Positions 8,301 through 15,877 are shown, counted from the stretch's first letter. The stretch is DNA of 32,000 nucleotides from Bellilinea caldifistulae (GCF_001306055.1 NZ_LGHJ01000006.1:30001-62000), one strand, 5' to 3'. Translations and numbers: made by a program. Notes: generated by a model not told the origin, from the sequence alone.

Positions 8301-9272
8301 CAGCTGAGTGAACTGCCCAACAAAGAGCGGGTGGTGGTAGCCGGTATGGTAACCCGTTTCCGCAATCACCAGACCAAGAAGGGCGACTGGATGGGCTTCT
8401 TCACGCTGGAGGACATTCAGGGAACGGTGGATGTGACCGCCTTTCCGCGCGTGTGGGAGCAGTGCGCATCGCTGGTCACACCCGACCGGGTGCTGCTGGT
8501 AGAAGGCCGGCTGGAAAACGAAAATGGTGAGCCGAAGATTCTGGCCGACCGCGTCAGCGAGGTGTTCATTGAATACGAGGAAAACGGCCAGGAAATTGAC
8601 CCGTACCTGTGTTACCTGCCGGATGAAGAAAACGGTCTGCCTGCCGCTTCCATGGGCGAGATTCCCCAGGATGCTACACCTCCCCAAGAAACAACCCCCT
8701 CGCACGTTTCCGAACCACGCCCATCCTACCCGGTTGGGGAGGCAGACGGGGATATACCGCCACCCCCGCCCGATTTTGAGGACGAGTTTTTGTTCAATTC
8801 CCTGCCGGCGGTAAAGGCGAGCAGTAAAGACCAACCGTCTGCCCCGCCTGCTCCGGCTGCGAAGAAGCCAGCCAGCCCTGCAAAACCGGCAGGGGATGGC
8901 GTTGCTGCACCGTCCCAGCCGGCCAATACTGAACCGCCTTTGCCGATGAATGGCGGGCTGCGCTATCTGGTGCCACCGCTCCCGCCGGAGGGCATTCCCT
9001 CCGAAGAAAGCGGCGAAATCCGCATGGTCAAGGTCATCTTACGTTCCAGCGGCGATCGTGAGCGGGATGTGCAACGCTTGAAGCGGGTTTATGGGATTTT
9101 ACGGGCTGCCCCGGGGCGCGACCGCTTCGCCTTTTATGTGTTCGAGGGCAGAAACCGCGTTCTGCTGGAATTTCCCAACGATACCACCGGTATCACCCCT
9201 CACCTGCTCAAAGAATTGACCGAGACGGTTGGCGAGGGGAACGTGATGGTAGAAACCATCCCGATTCAGTAG
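5379..9272 (+). CDS. dnaE: DNA polymerase III alpha subunit with a non-canonical C-terminal extension
   Basis: 1297 aa. N-terminal PHP domain (FVHLHVHTQYSLLDG), polymerase core, HhH and OB-fold regions are recognisable. They are followed by a Pro/acidic-rich linker and a small terminal domain. Confidence 0.97.
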   Translation: MSFVHLHVHTQYSLLDGFSHIKKLVERVKQMNMPAVAITDHGTMYGVIEFFNAAKAAGVKPIIGMEAYLAPRGMRDRDPKLDKSPTHLLLLAENETGYRNLLKIASAAQLEGFYYAPRIDHEFLAAHAEGLIATSGCMAAEIPQLILEKGIEAARKQVDWYYEVFGKDRFFFELQRHQIPELEDINRALKELAPRYPARFVATNDVHYIEPEDARYQDILLAIQTGSLITDKNRFRMTDDTYYLRTPQEMAEIFKEVPEALHNTLLIAERVNVDLSSKGYHLPVFEVPPGCTAETYLRSLCEEGLQRRYHHSPLYDKARERLEYELRVIHEMGFDAYFLIVWDLCRHAREKGIWYNARGSAAGSIVAYTLEITNVEPLAHGLIFERFLNPGRISMPDIDLDFQDDQRPQMLEYCARKYGDDRVAQIITFGTLGARAAVRDVGRVMDIPLTEVDRVSKLIPNVPGKPVTIREALEQVPELKALYDSTPYLKELIDTAAHMEGSIRNAGTHAAGVIITDKPIIEYIPLHRPTSGSEESPIKTVTQFEMSVVESLGLLKVDFLGLATLTIMQRACDLIEKRHGVKYTLENIPMDDPYTFEFLSQGHTAGVFQLEGTGMTRYLTQMKPRNVDNVIAMVALYRPGPLEFIPRYIARMHGEEEVTYRHPAMKPIFEDTYGIPIYQEQIMRAAVELAGYTLSESDDLRKAIAKKQKDKLEKHREKFIKGATQRGIPQETAAQIFEDWEEFARYGFNKSHAADYGIIAVQTAFLKAHYPVEYMTALLSASKNDTAKVAFYVADCRNMGIDVLPPDINASGYDFTIEDRPGQKPAIRFGLGAVKNVGQAPVDLILEARREGPFRDLNDFARRADLQKVGKRALECLVRVGALDVFGPRMALLEALDQIISVSASHFRALHMGQMSFFGSIAGVEEEIILPQSSALDRREQLEWERELIGLYVSDHPLTPYLPTLQRKVICFSAQLSELPNKERVVVAGMVTRFRNHQTKKGDWMGFFTLEDIQGTVDVTAFPRVWEQCASLVTPDRVLLVEGRLENENGEPKILADRVSEVFIEYEENGQEIDPYLCYLPDEENGLPAASMGEIPQDATPPQETTPSHVSEPRPSYPVGEADGDIPPPPPDFEDEFLFNSLPAVKASSKDQPSAPPAPAAKKPASPAKPAGDGVAAPSQPANTEPPLPMNGGLRYLVPPLPPEGIPSEESGEIRMVKVILRSSGDRERDVQRLKRVYGILRAAPGRDRFAFYVFEGRNRVLLEFPNDTTGITPHLLKELTETVGEGNVMVETIPIQ

Positions 9273-9276
9273 GATT

Positions 9277-10578
9277 TCAGGCTTTGGCGTCGGAGAGGCG
9301 TGTTTCGGCTGAAACCTGCGGCTCGCTGGCAAGTACAACCCGGCGTGCCTGATCGCGCACGCGATTGATGCTGGAGAAAAATTCGCGCATGAGGGTCACC
9401 AGCAGGTAGCGCCCGCGCGGGGTGAGGGTGATTTCATCGGCGTTATTGGTTTGAAAAGCGCCCACTTTTTCAAAGGCGATCATTTCGACCGGCAGGCAGC
9501 GCTCCACCGGCGCGCCAAAGTCAGCCTGCCACTGTTTTTTATCCAGCCGCAGGCCAAACAGTTCCATCATGAAGCGGTAGCGCATCTGATCCAGCCGGCT
9601 GAAACGGCGTTTTCCGGCAATCGGCGCAGTACCGCTGGAAACCCACTGCTGGTAAAAATTGAGCGAAAAGGTGTTGACATACAGCGAGCCGTTCAGGTAA
9701 CTGAACGACCCCGACCCGACCCCCACATACTCCTCGCTTTTGACAATGTATTCATCAATCAGATTGCGTCCCTTGCGCGAGAACGTCCACGCGGTGGACA
9801 GGTCAAAATGGGGGGAAAGCCGGTTGACAATCAACTCGTAGAGGGCCGCTTCGCGGTCAAAGGTGACGTCACCAATGGTCTTTTTCAATTGTTGACGGAC
9901 GGAGGGGGAGGTCATCAGCGGGTAGTAGGTGAGTTGATTGGCTTTCGATTCGAGCGCCATCTGAATGTCCCGCTCGATGACGGCCTCGTCCTGACCGGGA
10001 AAGTTGAAGATCAGGTCAATGTTGAGCGAATCAAACGCCCCGGCTACCTGCTGAATGCGGCGTAAAATCTGTTCGCCGCTGCCAAAACGCTCCAGCCGGT
10101 TGACCTTGCGCAGCAGGTTGTCATCGAAAGATTGCACTCCCACCGAAAGGCGCTGCACACGGCTGCTGAGCGCCTGTACCAGTTCATCGTCCAGATCATT
10201 GGGATTGGTCTCGCAGGAAACTTCGCGGATGCCGAACAAATCGCGCGCCATGTCAATGATCTGAATCAGTTCATCCATCAGGATGGTGGGCGTACCGCCG
10301 CCGATGTACAGGGTGTCAAAGGTATAACCGCGTTTGGCAGTCAGGCGCAGTTCTTCGCGCAAGGCGCTGAAGTACTGACGGGCTTTGCGTTCGTTGAACG
10401 GAAAACGGTTGAAGGAACAGTACGGGCAAAGAATTTCGCAGAATGGCACATGCGCGTAGAGCATGTAGGACTTGCCCGGTTGGGGTTGCGGCAGACGGGT
10501 GATGTGCGCCGGTTTGAGGTTCAGGAGCACCTGGGAGGCGAGTCGGAATGTGGTGGAAAACAGGCTGTGTGGTATCAT
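9277..10578 (-). CDS. Radical SAM protein of the HemN/HemW (coproporphyrinogen-III oxidase-like) family
   Basis: 433 aa. CxxxCxxC cluster in YAHVPFCEILCPYCSF, followed by YIGGGTP. The overall length and layout are HemN-like. Confidence 0.85.
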   Translation of the reverse strand: MIPHSLFSTTFRLASQVLLNLKPAHITRLPQPQPGKSYMLYAHVPFCEILCPYCSFNRFPFNERKARQYFSALREELRLTAKRGYTFDTLYIGGGTPTILMDELIQIIDMARDLFGIREVSCETNPNDLDDELVQALSSRVQRLSVGVQSFDDNLLRKVNRLERFGSGEQILRRIQQVAGAFDSLNIDLIFNFPGQDEAVIERDIQMALESKANQLTYYPLMTSPSVRQQLKKTIGDVTFDREAALYELIVNRLSPHFDLSTAWTFSRKGRNLIDEYIVKSEEYVGVGSGSFSYLNGSLYVNTFSLNFYQQWVSSGTAPIAGKRRFSRLDQMRYRFMMELFGLRLDKKQWQADFGAPVERCLPVEMIAFEKVGAFQTNNADEITLTPRGRYLLVTLMREFFSSINRVRDQARRVVLASEPQVSAETRLSDAKA

Positions 10579-10710
10579 GGCGGCCTTTGTTTTGCAAAGA
10601 TTTTTCTATTATAGCCCATTGAGATTATGATGGAAACACCCCCGAAGGGGAATGTATCATCTATCCTTTTCTTGGATGTAACTTGTCATACAAATTTGGA
10701 CAGGCTTTCT

Positions 10711-11262
10711 TCAGCCGGTGATCAGGTGCTGACGGAGGAATTCCAGCACGCGCGTTTCGCGCGCTGTCCATTTAGGGATGTTCGAAAATCGGTTGTTCAA
10801 GACCGCCCGGTTGGCGCGCAGGGCATCCTCAATATCCACCCAAACCGGCTGAAAGCCCAGCCGCTGTTCGTAGTCATCCAGGTCCAGCGGTTTATACTGA
10901 TCGGAAATCCGGCACAGGTAGTAATACGAGGTCATGCAGAAAAGTTGATAACCGTTTTCGTAGGGCAAATCGTATTCGATGACCCGGCCGAGAAAGGTGT
11001 CAATGTCGGTGATGGTTGCTCCGCATTCCTCCTCAACTTCGCGTCGGAGGGTTTCAGTCAGGGATTCGCCGTCCTTGCGCCCACCGCCGGGGAACTTGTA
11101 ATCGGTGTTGACCCTCGAATAAATCATCAACAAACGACGCCCGTCCCGAATCACCCCGCGCACGGCTTCGCGTAGAATGGCATGTCCCTTGCGGGGAGCA
11201 TCGGGGTGGCGGAGAATTTCAAACAACATTGGCGGGAGGGGCGCGCCGGACGGGGGTGTCAC
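10711..11262 (-). CDS. NUDIX hydrolase
   Basis: 183 aa with Nudix box GGGRKDGESLTETLRREVEEECGA. The GTG start overlaps the upstream gene stop (GTGA). An alternative start is ATG at 11229. Confidence 0.85.
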   Translation of the reverse strand: MTPPSGAPLPPMLFEILRHPDAPRKGHAILREAVRGVIRDGRRLLMIYSRVNTDYKFPGGGRKDGESLTETLRREVEEECGATITDIDTFLGRVIEYDLPYENGYQLFCMTSYYYLCRISDQYKPLDLDDYEQRLGFQPVWVDIEDALRANRAVLNNRFSNIPKWTARETRVLEFLRQHLITG

Positions 11263-11978
11263 TGTTCGACCAGAATCAGGGCGAAACCGTCGTAACCCTT
11301 GCTGCCTACGGTTTGCAAGGCGGCGGTGCTCACACGCGGTTCACCGGCGACCCGTTCCAGAAAGCGGCGCATTCCCTCCACGTTGGCATCTCCGCTGTGC
11401 GACTCGATGATCCGCCCTTTGCGGATGATGTTATCGGCCACAATCAGCGTGCCGGGGCGGGAGAGTTTGAGCGACCACTCGAAATAAGCCGGGTAGTTGG
11501 GTTTATCGGCGTCAATGAAAATGAGGTCAAAGGGTGGCTGGTTTTCCTCTGCCAGGCGGGCGAGCGAATCGAGCGCCTTGCCGAGGTGAATTTCCACCCG
11601 TTCGGAAACGCCCGCTCCGGCCAGGTTCTCGCGGGCGACGGCAGCGTGTTTGGGGTCAAGTTCGAGGGTGATCAGCACGCCGTCCGGCGGCAGCGCCCGC
11701 GCCAGCCAGATGGTGCTGTATCCGCCGAGGGTACCGATTTCGAGGATGCGCCGGGCGCCAATGGATTTTGCCAGCAGATGGAGCAGTTTGCCCTGTAACG
11801 GGGAAACCTGAATGGCGGGCAAACCGGCCGTTTGACTGACGCGCAATGCCTGATCGAGAGCCGGGTCGGCGGGGAGCAGCAGGCTGGTCAGGTACGCGTC
11901 TACGGCCGTCCATTGGTCGGCCGGGGTTGCCGGGGGGCTGGAAGGGGAAGAAAAAAGGGACTTGATTCGACGCAACAT
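11259..11978 (-). CDS. Class I SAM-dependent O-methyltransferase (family 3, caffeoyl-CoA OMT-like)
   Basis: 239 aa. Motifs: ILEIGTLGGYSTIWLARAL (SAM motif I) and DLIFIDADKPNYPAYFEWSLKLSRPGTLIVADN. Confidence 0.88.
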   Translation of the reverse strand: MLRRIKSLFSSPSSPPATPADQWTAVDAYLTSLLLPADPALDQALRVSQTAGLPAIQVSPLQGKLLHLLAKSIGARRILEIGTLGGYSTIWLARALPPDGVLITLELDPKHAAVARENLAGAGVSERVEIHLGKALDSLARLAEENQPPFDLIFIDADKPNYPAYFEWSLKLSRPGTLIVADNIIRKGRIIESHSGDANVEGMRRFLERVAGEPRVSTAALQTVGSKGYDGFALILVEQ

Positions 11979-12011
11979 GGCACCATCCTTTGGGGCATAA
12001 AACCGATAAGG

Positions 12012-12422
12012 TTATGATTTATCCAGTATTCTAACATACACCAGTTCCGGGTCGCCCTCGTCGAGGTAGTGAATAACACCCGCCAACCGGTAGCCGCGCC
12101 CGGCCAGCAGGGATTGCATGGGCAGGTTGGAGAGGTTGGTGGAGGTGAACAATTTGGGTGTGGTGCAGTTCTGTTCCAGAAAGGCCATCAACGCATTGGC
12201 CACCCCTTTGCGCCGGTAGGCAGGCAGCACGAAAAGAAGCGATACAAATCCCTGCCGGTAGAAGGAATAATCGAAAATGGCAAAACCGGCCATTTCACCT
12301 TCCCAAAGACCCACAAAACAGTCACGGTTCGCTACGGCTTCCTGCAGAGTCTGACCGTGTGCCGGGAAACATCGGCACAGGTCGGCCAAGTCGCTTTCAA
12401 AGGCGGGCCGGAGGGTGATCAT
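12012..12422 (-). CDS. GNAT-family N-acetyltransferase
   Basis: 136 aa. Acetyl-CoA binding motif A in LFVLPAYRRKGVANALMAFL. The start overlaps the 3' end of the CPBP gene by 26 nt. Confidence 0.85.
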   Translation of the reverse strand: MITLRPAFESDLADLCRCFPAHGQTLQEAVANRDCFVGLWEGEMAGFAIFDYSFYRQGFVSLLFVLPAYRRKGVANALMAFLEQNCTTPKLFTSTNLSNLPMQSLLAGRGYRLAGVIHYLDEGDPELVYVRILDKS

Positions 12423-13425
12423 CGGTAACTTTTCGTGAAGGTGGGGAATAAACCGCCAGCTCGTCCTTGAATTCTACCTTGCCCCGCGTGGCTTTGACCC
12501 AAAGCAGAATTAGCCCCGCCCCCGCCAGCATCGCCAACAGGCCGATCAGGCCGGCCTCCGGGCCGAAACTGCCACCCGTCCACAGGTCAGGGCCGGCCTG
12601 ATCAACAACCAGAAAACTGACCGCGCTACCCACGCCGCTCACCGGCAGGTCAAATACCACCCCTTGAAAGAAATTCCAGGTGATGTGCAAACCGATCGAA
12701 AGCGCCAGTTCACCAGTCAGGACAAGGGGCAAACCCAGCAGAAAACCGGCCAGGATCAGATTAAGGGTGCTGACCAGCGAGGCATGCGGGTTGCCGAGGT
12801 GCAGCAAGCCGAAAATGGAAGAGGAAAGGATGTAAGCCAGCCACAGCGCCGTGCGTGCTCCCCCCTTCGGCAGGTGAAAACCCTCCGCCAGATTGCGCAG
12901 CCAGTAGCCGCGCGAGAGACACTCTTCCTGAATGCCCACAGAGACATAGTGAAAAATGTAGAAAACCACGCCCGCGGTGAAGGACGGAAAACTCGACTGG
13001 CGGTAACCGGTGACCCTCACCCAGCCGAGCGAGTATTCTGCAAGGAAGATGCCCGCCATCAGCAACGCGCCGAGAAGCAGACCGAAGCCGAGGTCGGCCC
13101 ACCACTGCCGGTTGAGGTGGAAGCCGTAGGCCCGGAAGGGCCGCCGGTCGAGCAAGCGCGCCGCCACCCACAGGCTGAACAATAATAGTAGCCAGTTTAG
13201 GGTGGAATCGGCGCTCAACCAGGCGGCTTGAACGGCACTGCCGAGAACGGGCGACAGTTGAAAGAACCATTTTTGCAGCGGGCTAACCACTAAACTGGCC
13301 AGCAACATCAGGCCGGCGAACAACCCCAGTTGCAGAATCAGCCGCCAACCGGTGCGCAGGCGGCGCTGGGTTTCGTTCCAGAAAGGCCACTTTAAGTGTG
13401 AAATAAAACCGGTTTGGGAACTCAT
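12397..13425 (-). CDS. CPBP-family intramembrane glutamic endopeptidase (CAAX protease/Abi-like)
   Basis: 342 aa, polytopic. Motif 1 is EECLSRGY, motif 2 is FGLLHLGN, motif 3 is HITWNF. GGGAGA Shine-Dalgarno upstream of the ATG. Confidence 0.85.
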   Translation of the reverse strand: MSSQTGFISHLKWPFWNETQRRLRTGWRLILQLGLFAGLMLLASLVVSPLQKWFFQLSPVLGSAVQAAWLSADSTLNWLLLLFSLWVAARLLDRRPFRAYGFHLNRQWWADLGFGLLLGALLMAGIFLAEYSLGWVRVTGYRQSSFPSFTAGVVFYIFHYVSVGIQEECLSRGYWLRNLAEGFHLPKGGARTALWLAYILSSSIFGLLHLGNPHASLVSTLNLILAGFLLGLPLVLTGELALSIGLHITWNFFQGVVFDLPVSGVGSAVSFLVVDQAGPDLWTGGSFGPEAGLIGLLAMLAGAGLILLWVKATRGKVEFKDELAVYSPPSRKVTDDHPPARL

Positions 13426-13468
13426 TTAAATCTCCCAAAAGCAAGTTGAAGAGGGATGCCGGCCGATG

Positions 13469-13813
13469 TTATTTTTGGGGAGCGGTTGGCGGGCCGGCTG
13501 GTTTTTGGAGCGCGCGCCAGCACAGGAACAGGACCGGTAGAGCCACCAGCAGGTAGGCTGCACTGGTAAAACGGCTCAACCTGACAATTACCCATTCATC
13601 GCTGGCGGCTGACCATTCCGGCAGAGCGCCCGGATTGCCGCCGATTTGCAGGATGACCTGCGGGCTGACGTAATCGTGGTAAATGTCCGTCAGCGCAAGG
13701 AACTCCAGCAGGTTCAAAACCAGCAGGAACACCCCGGCCAGCAGGGTGACCAGAAGAAGGATTTGCAGTCTTTTGATACAGCCTCCGCTAAGGGTGAGAG
13801 AGGGAAGGATCAA
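13469..13813 (-). CDS. Small hypothetical membrane protein (two predicted TM helices)
   Basis: 114-aa ORF with a TTG start and no internal Met. Hydrophobic stretches: LQILLLVTLLAGVFLLVLNLLEFLAL and AAYLLVALPVLFLCW. It fits between the flanking co-directional genes. The start codon is uncertain. Confidence 0.4.
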   Translation of the reverse strand: MILPSLTLSGGCIKRLQILLLVTLLAGVFLLVLNLLEFLALTDIYHDYVSPQVILQIGGNPGALPEWSAASDEWVIVRLSRFTSAAYLLVALPVLFLCWRALQKPAGPPTAPQK

Positions 13814-13837
13814 TTCGTGTGCACCCGTAAGTTTATT

Positions 13838-14314
13838 TTAACCGGAAATCAGGCTTCTGGCCCATGCTGCGGCGCGTTCCAGTTCGCCCTCTTTCAGCGG
13901 GCCTTCCGTGCCGTTGACGAAGAAGCCTTCCGGCGGGGCAATCAGCCTGGCGCCGCTTCGTTCCAATTTTTTGGCGATGGCCGGGGCAGCGTAACCGCCT
14001 TTGTTGACAATGAAACGCAGCAGTCCGGATTGGATGGTTTCTACCGGAATGCGGGTGTCGAAAGCAGCCACCTTTTTCCCGTCCAGTGAACCGCGGCCGA
14101 AAAGATCGAGAAATCTGGCCGTGTCTTCCGAGGGGCGAAAACCGCGGGTGGGCGATCCGACGATCAACAACTCGGCTGCGGTGGTCATTTCGGCGGTTGC
14201 ATCCCCTGCTCGGACGGTTTCAACCTTATGAGTCTTGTCGAGTGCCTCTCCAATTTGCCGGGCAATCTGTTCGGTATTGCCGAAAAACGAGTCGTAAACA
14301 ATCAAGATTTGCAT
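13838..14314 (-). CDS. Flavodoxin-family protein
   Basis: 158 aa. N-terminal FMN phosphate-binding loop MQILIVYDSFFGNTEQIA. Short-chain flavodoxin size. Confidence 0.88.
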   Translation of the reverse strand: MQILIVYDSFFGNTEQIARQIGEALDKTHKVETVRAGDATAEMTTAAELLIVGSPTRGFRPSEDTARFLDLFGRGSLDGKKVAAFDTRIPVETIQSGLLRFIVNKGGYAAPAIAKKLERSGARLIAPPEGFFVNGTEGPLKEGELERAAAWARSLISG

Positions 14315-14446
14315 GAGTATTCTCCCTGAGTATCAACTGCCCATATTACATACGCAGAAAGCTTGATGAAGTTGCAAGAATTCTTGATCCGTAAAAAGAT
14401 GCTGATAGGAATGAAAGGGAATTATCGCCTTTTTTAGAAAAACCCC

Positions 14447-14475
14447 TTGACAGACGGTCTTAAAGCGGATATATT
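14447..14475 (+). promoter_or_regulatory. Sigma-70-type promoter TTGACA-17-TATATT for marR
   Basis: TTGACA at 14447-14452, a 17-nt spacer, and TATATT at 14470-14475. It lies about 37 nt upstream of ATG 14512. Confidence 0.55.
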
Positions 14476-14511
14476 AAGTCTAAATTATTCAACATCAAAC
14501 GATTGGAAGCC

Positions 14512-14961
14512 ATGCCAACTCATTACCAGGGTGACCCGCAAATCGCCAGCGCACTGGATGTGTGGGTCAAACTGACCCGCGCAGTAGATTCGATTGCCAG
14601 CCGGCTGAGCGCACGCGGTACTACCGGCAGCCTTACCATTACCCAGTTTGGTGTGCTTGAAGTCCTTTATCACCTGGGGCCGATGCCGCAATGCGAACTG
14701 GCTGGCAAACTGCTCAAAAGCAGCGGTAACATCACCCTTGTGGTGGATAATCTGGAAAAGCGCGGGCTGGTGCGGCGTGTTGCGGATGAACACGACCGGC
14801 GCATCAGCCGGGTGGAACTGACCCCCGCCGGCCTTGCGTTGATCGAGGAGATCTTCCCCAAACACGCTCAGGCGGTTGCCGAGGAGTTTTCGGTGCTGAC
14901 GCCGCAGGAACAACATCAACTGGGCGACCTGCTGCGCAAACTGGGCAAACGGGGAGGTTGA
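14512..14961 (+). CDS. MarR-family transcriptional regulator
   Basis: Winged-helix region LTITQFGVLEVLYHLGPMPQCELAGKLLKSSGNITLVVDNLEKRGLVRRVADEHDRR. The ATG at 14512 is preferred over the ORF-track TTG at 14503. Confidence 0.9.
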   Translation: MPTHYQGDPQIASALDVWVKLTRAVDSIASRLSARGTTGSLTITQFGVLEVLYHLGPMPQCELAGKLLKSSGNITLVVDNLEKRGLVRRVADEHDRRISRVELTPAGLALIEEIFPKHAQAVAEEFSVLTPQEQHQLGDLLRKLGKRGG

Positions 14962-14981
14962 CAACTCTTTTTTTTTGTCAA

Positions 14982-15017
14982 AATACTTCAATATTGAAAT
15001 ACATTCATTGAAGTATT
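14982..15017. promoter_or_regulatory. Candidate MarR operator: nested inverted repeats built on TTCAAT/ATTGAA half-sites upstream of yceI
   Basis: AATACTTCAAT (14982-14992) and ATTGAAGTATT (15007-15017) are exact reverse complements. A 12-bp perfect palindrome TTCAATATTGAA lies at 14987-14998. The site sits between the marR stop and the yceI Shine-Dalgarno. Confidence 0.45.
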
Positions 15018-15055
15018 ATCAAATCAAACAATTTTTTACATAAGGAGGTTTGGAG

Positions 15056-15604
15056 ATGTCCTGGAAAATTGATTCTGCTCATTCTGAAATTAACTTTTCG
15101 GTGCGGCATTTGATGGTCTCGAATGTGCGCGGGCGGTTCGAGCGCTTCAGCGGCGTGGTGAATTTTGACGAGGAAAATCCGCAAAATTCATCGGTTGAAG
15201 TGCAAATCGAGGCCGCCAGCATCAACACCCGCGAGCCGCAGCGCGATGCTCACCTGCGTTCCCCCGACTTCTTGAACGCCGATCAATTCCCTTACCTGAT
15301 GTTCAAGAGCAAGCGCATCGAGGTGCTGGATGACTCGCACGGTCGCATCATCGGCGATCTGACCATCCGGGATGTGACCCGCGAGGTGGTGCTGGATGTG
15401 GTTTATAACGGCAAAGTCAAGAGCCCGTTTGGCTTCACCACAGCCGGTTTTAGCGCCAGCACTAAAATCAACCGCAAGGACTGGGGGCTGGTCTGGAACG
15501 TAGCGCTGGAAACCGGCGGCGTGCTGGTCGGCGAGGAAATCAACATTCAAATTGAGGTAGAACTGATCCACGAGCAAGAAACCGAGCAGGCCGCTGCGGG
15601 GTAG
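15056..15604 (+). CDS. YceI-family (polyisoprenoid-binding-like) protein
   Basis: Starts MSWKIDSAHSEINFSVRHLMVSNVRGRF, with AAGGAGG 7 nt upstream of ATG 15056. The ORF-track TTG at 15050 is too close to the Shine-Dalgarno. Confidence 0.9.
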   Translation: MSWKIDSAHSEINFSVRHLMVSNVRGRFERFSGVVNFDEENPQNSSVEVQIEAASINTREPQRDAHLRSPDFLNADQFPYLMFKSKRIEVLDDSHGRIIGDLTIRDVTREVVLDVVYNGKVKSPFGFTTAGFSASTKINRKDWGLVWNVALETGGVLVGEEINIQIEVELIHEQETEQAAAG

Positions 15605-15634
15605 TTAAGCGGAAAACACGAATATGACAGTTCA

Positions 15635-15673
15635 GCAGACCGGCGCAGGAATGACGCCGGTCTGCTTTTGTTG
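15635..15673 (+). terminator. Rho-independent terminator downstream of yceI
   Basis: GCAGACCGGCG (15635-15645) pairs perfectly with CGCCGGTCTGC (15655-15665) across a 9-nt loop. TTTTGTTG follows. Confidence 0.75.
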
Positions 15674-15727
15674 TGTGACCTCAGGTCGGGATAAGGAATT
15701 TCAACGATTTTGAGGAGCCGTTGCTGG

Positions 15728-15813
15728 CCGTGCGGCAATCTCCCCCAGAGCCGTTGGGGAGGCGGGTGAATGAGATGTGACATTTCGTCCCGGCACAAAT
15801 GATCATTCTGCCG
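15728..15813 (-). repeat. Structured intergenic repeat, copy D (inverted, divergent)
   Basis: GGCAATCTCCCCCAGAGCCGTTGGGGAGGCGGG (15734-15766) is the reverse complement of the most conserved module of copies A and B (CCCGCCTCCCCAAYGGCTCTGGGGGAGATTGCC). The remainder shows weaker similarity (AATGATCATT versus AATGACATG). Confidence 0.65.
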
Positions 15814-15848
15814 AAGAATGTATCTTGAAGTGACATTCGTTTAAGTTA

Positions 15849-15877
15849 TTGTTAATTTTGATATTAGGTAGTAAAAT
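15849..15877 (+). promoter_or_regulatory. Sigma-70-type promoter TTGTTA-17-TAAAAT in an AT-rich island
   Basis: TTGTTA at 15849-15854, a 17-nt spacer, and TAAAAT at 15872-15877. It lies about 33 nt upstream of ATG 15910. Confidence 0.4.

Noticed and set aside
5379-9272. Possible intein or split arrangement in DnaE to explain its 1297-aa length
   Set aside because: The polymerase sequence is collinear, with no inserted block carrying Cys/Ser...His-Asn splice-junction features. The extra length is entirely C-terminal (linker plus small domain).
10639-10650. The CCCC-TTCG-GGGG hairpin (minus strand) downstream of the Nudix gene as a terminator
   Set aside because: The stem is only 4 bp and the following T-tract is weak (TGTTTCC). 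This is insufficient to call. A possible TATAAT for the radical SAM gene (complement of 10608-10613) is similarly unsupported by a -35 or a TG extension.
15624-15713. 29-aa ORF (MTVQQTGAGMTPVCFCC...) downstream of yceI
   Set aside because: It coincides with the rho-independent terminator hairpin and has no Shine-Dalgarno. The Cys-rich sequence is a by-product of the stem.
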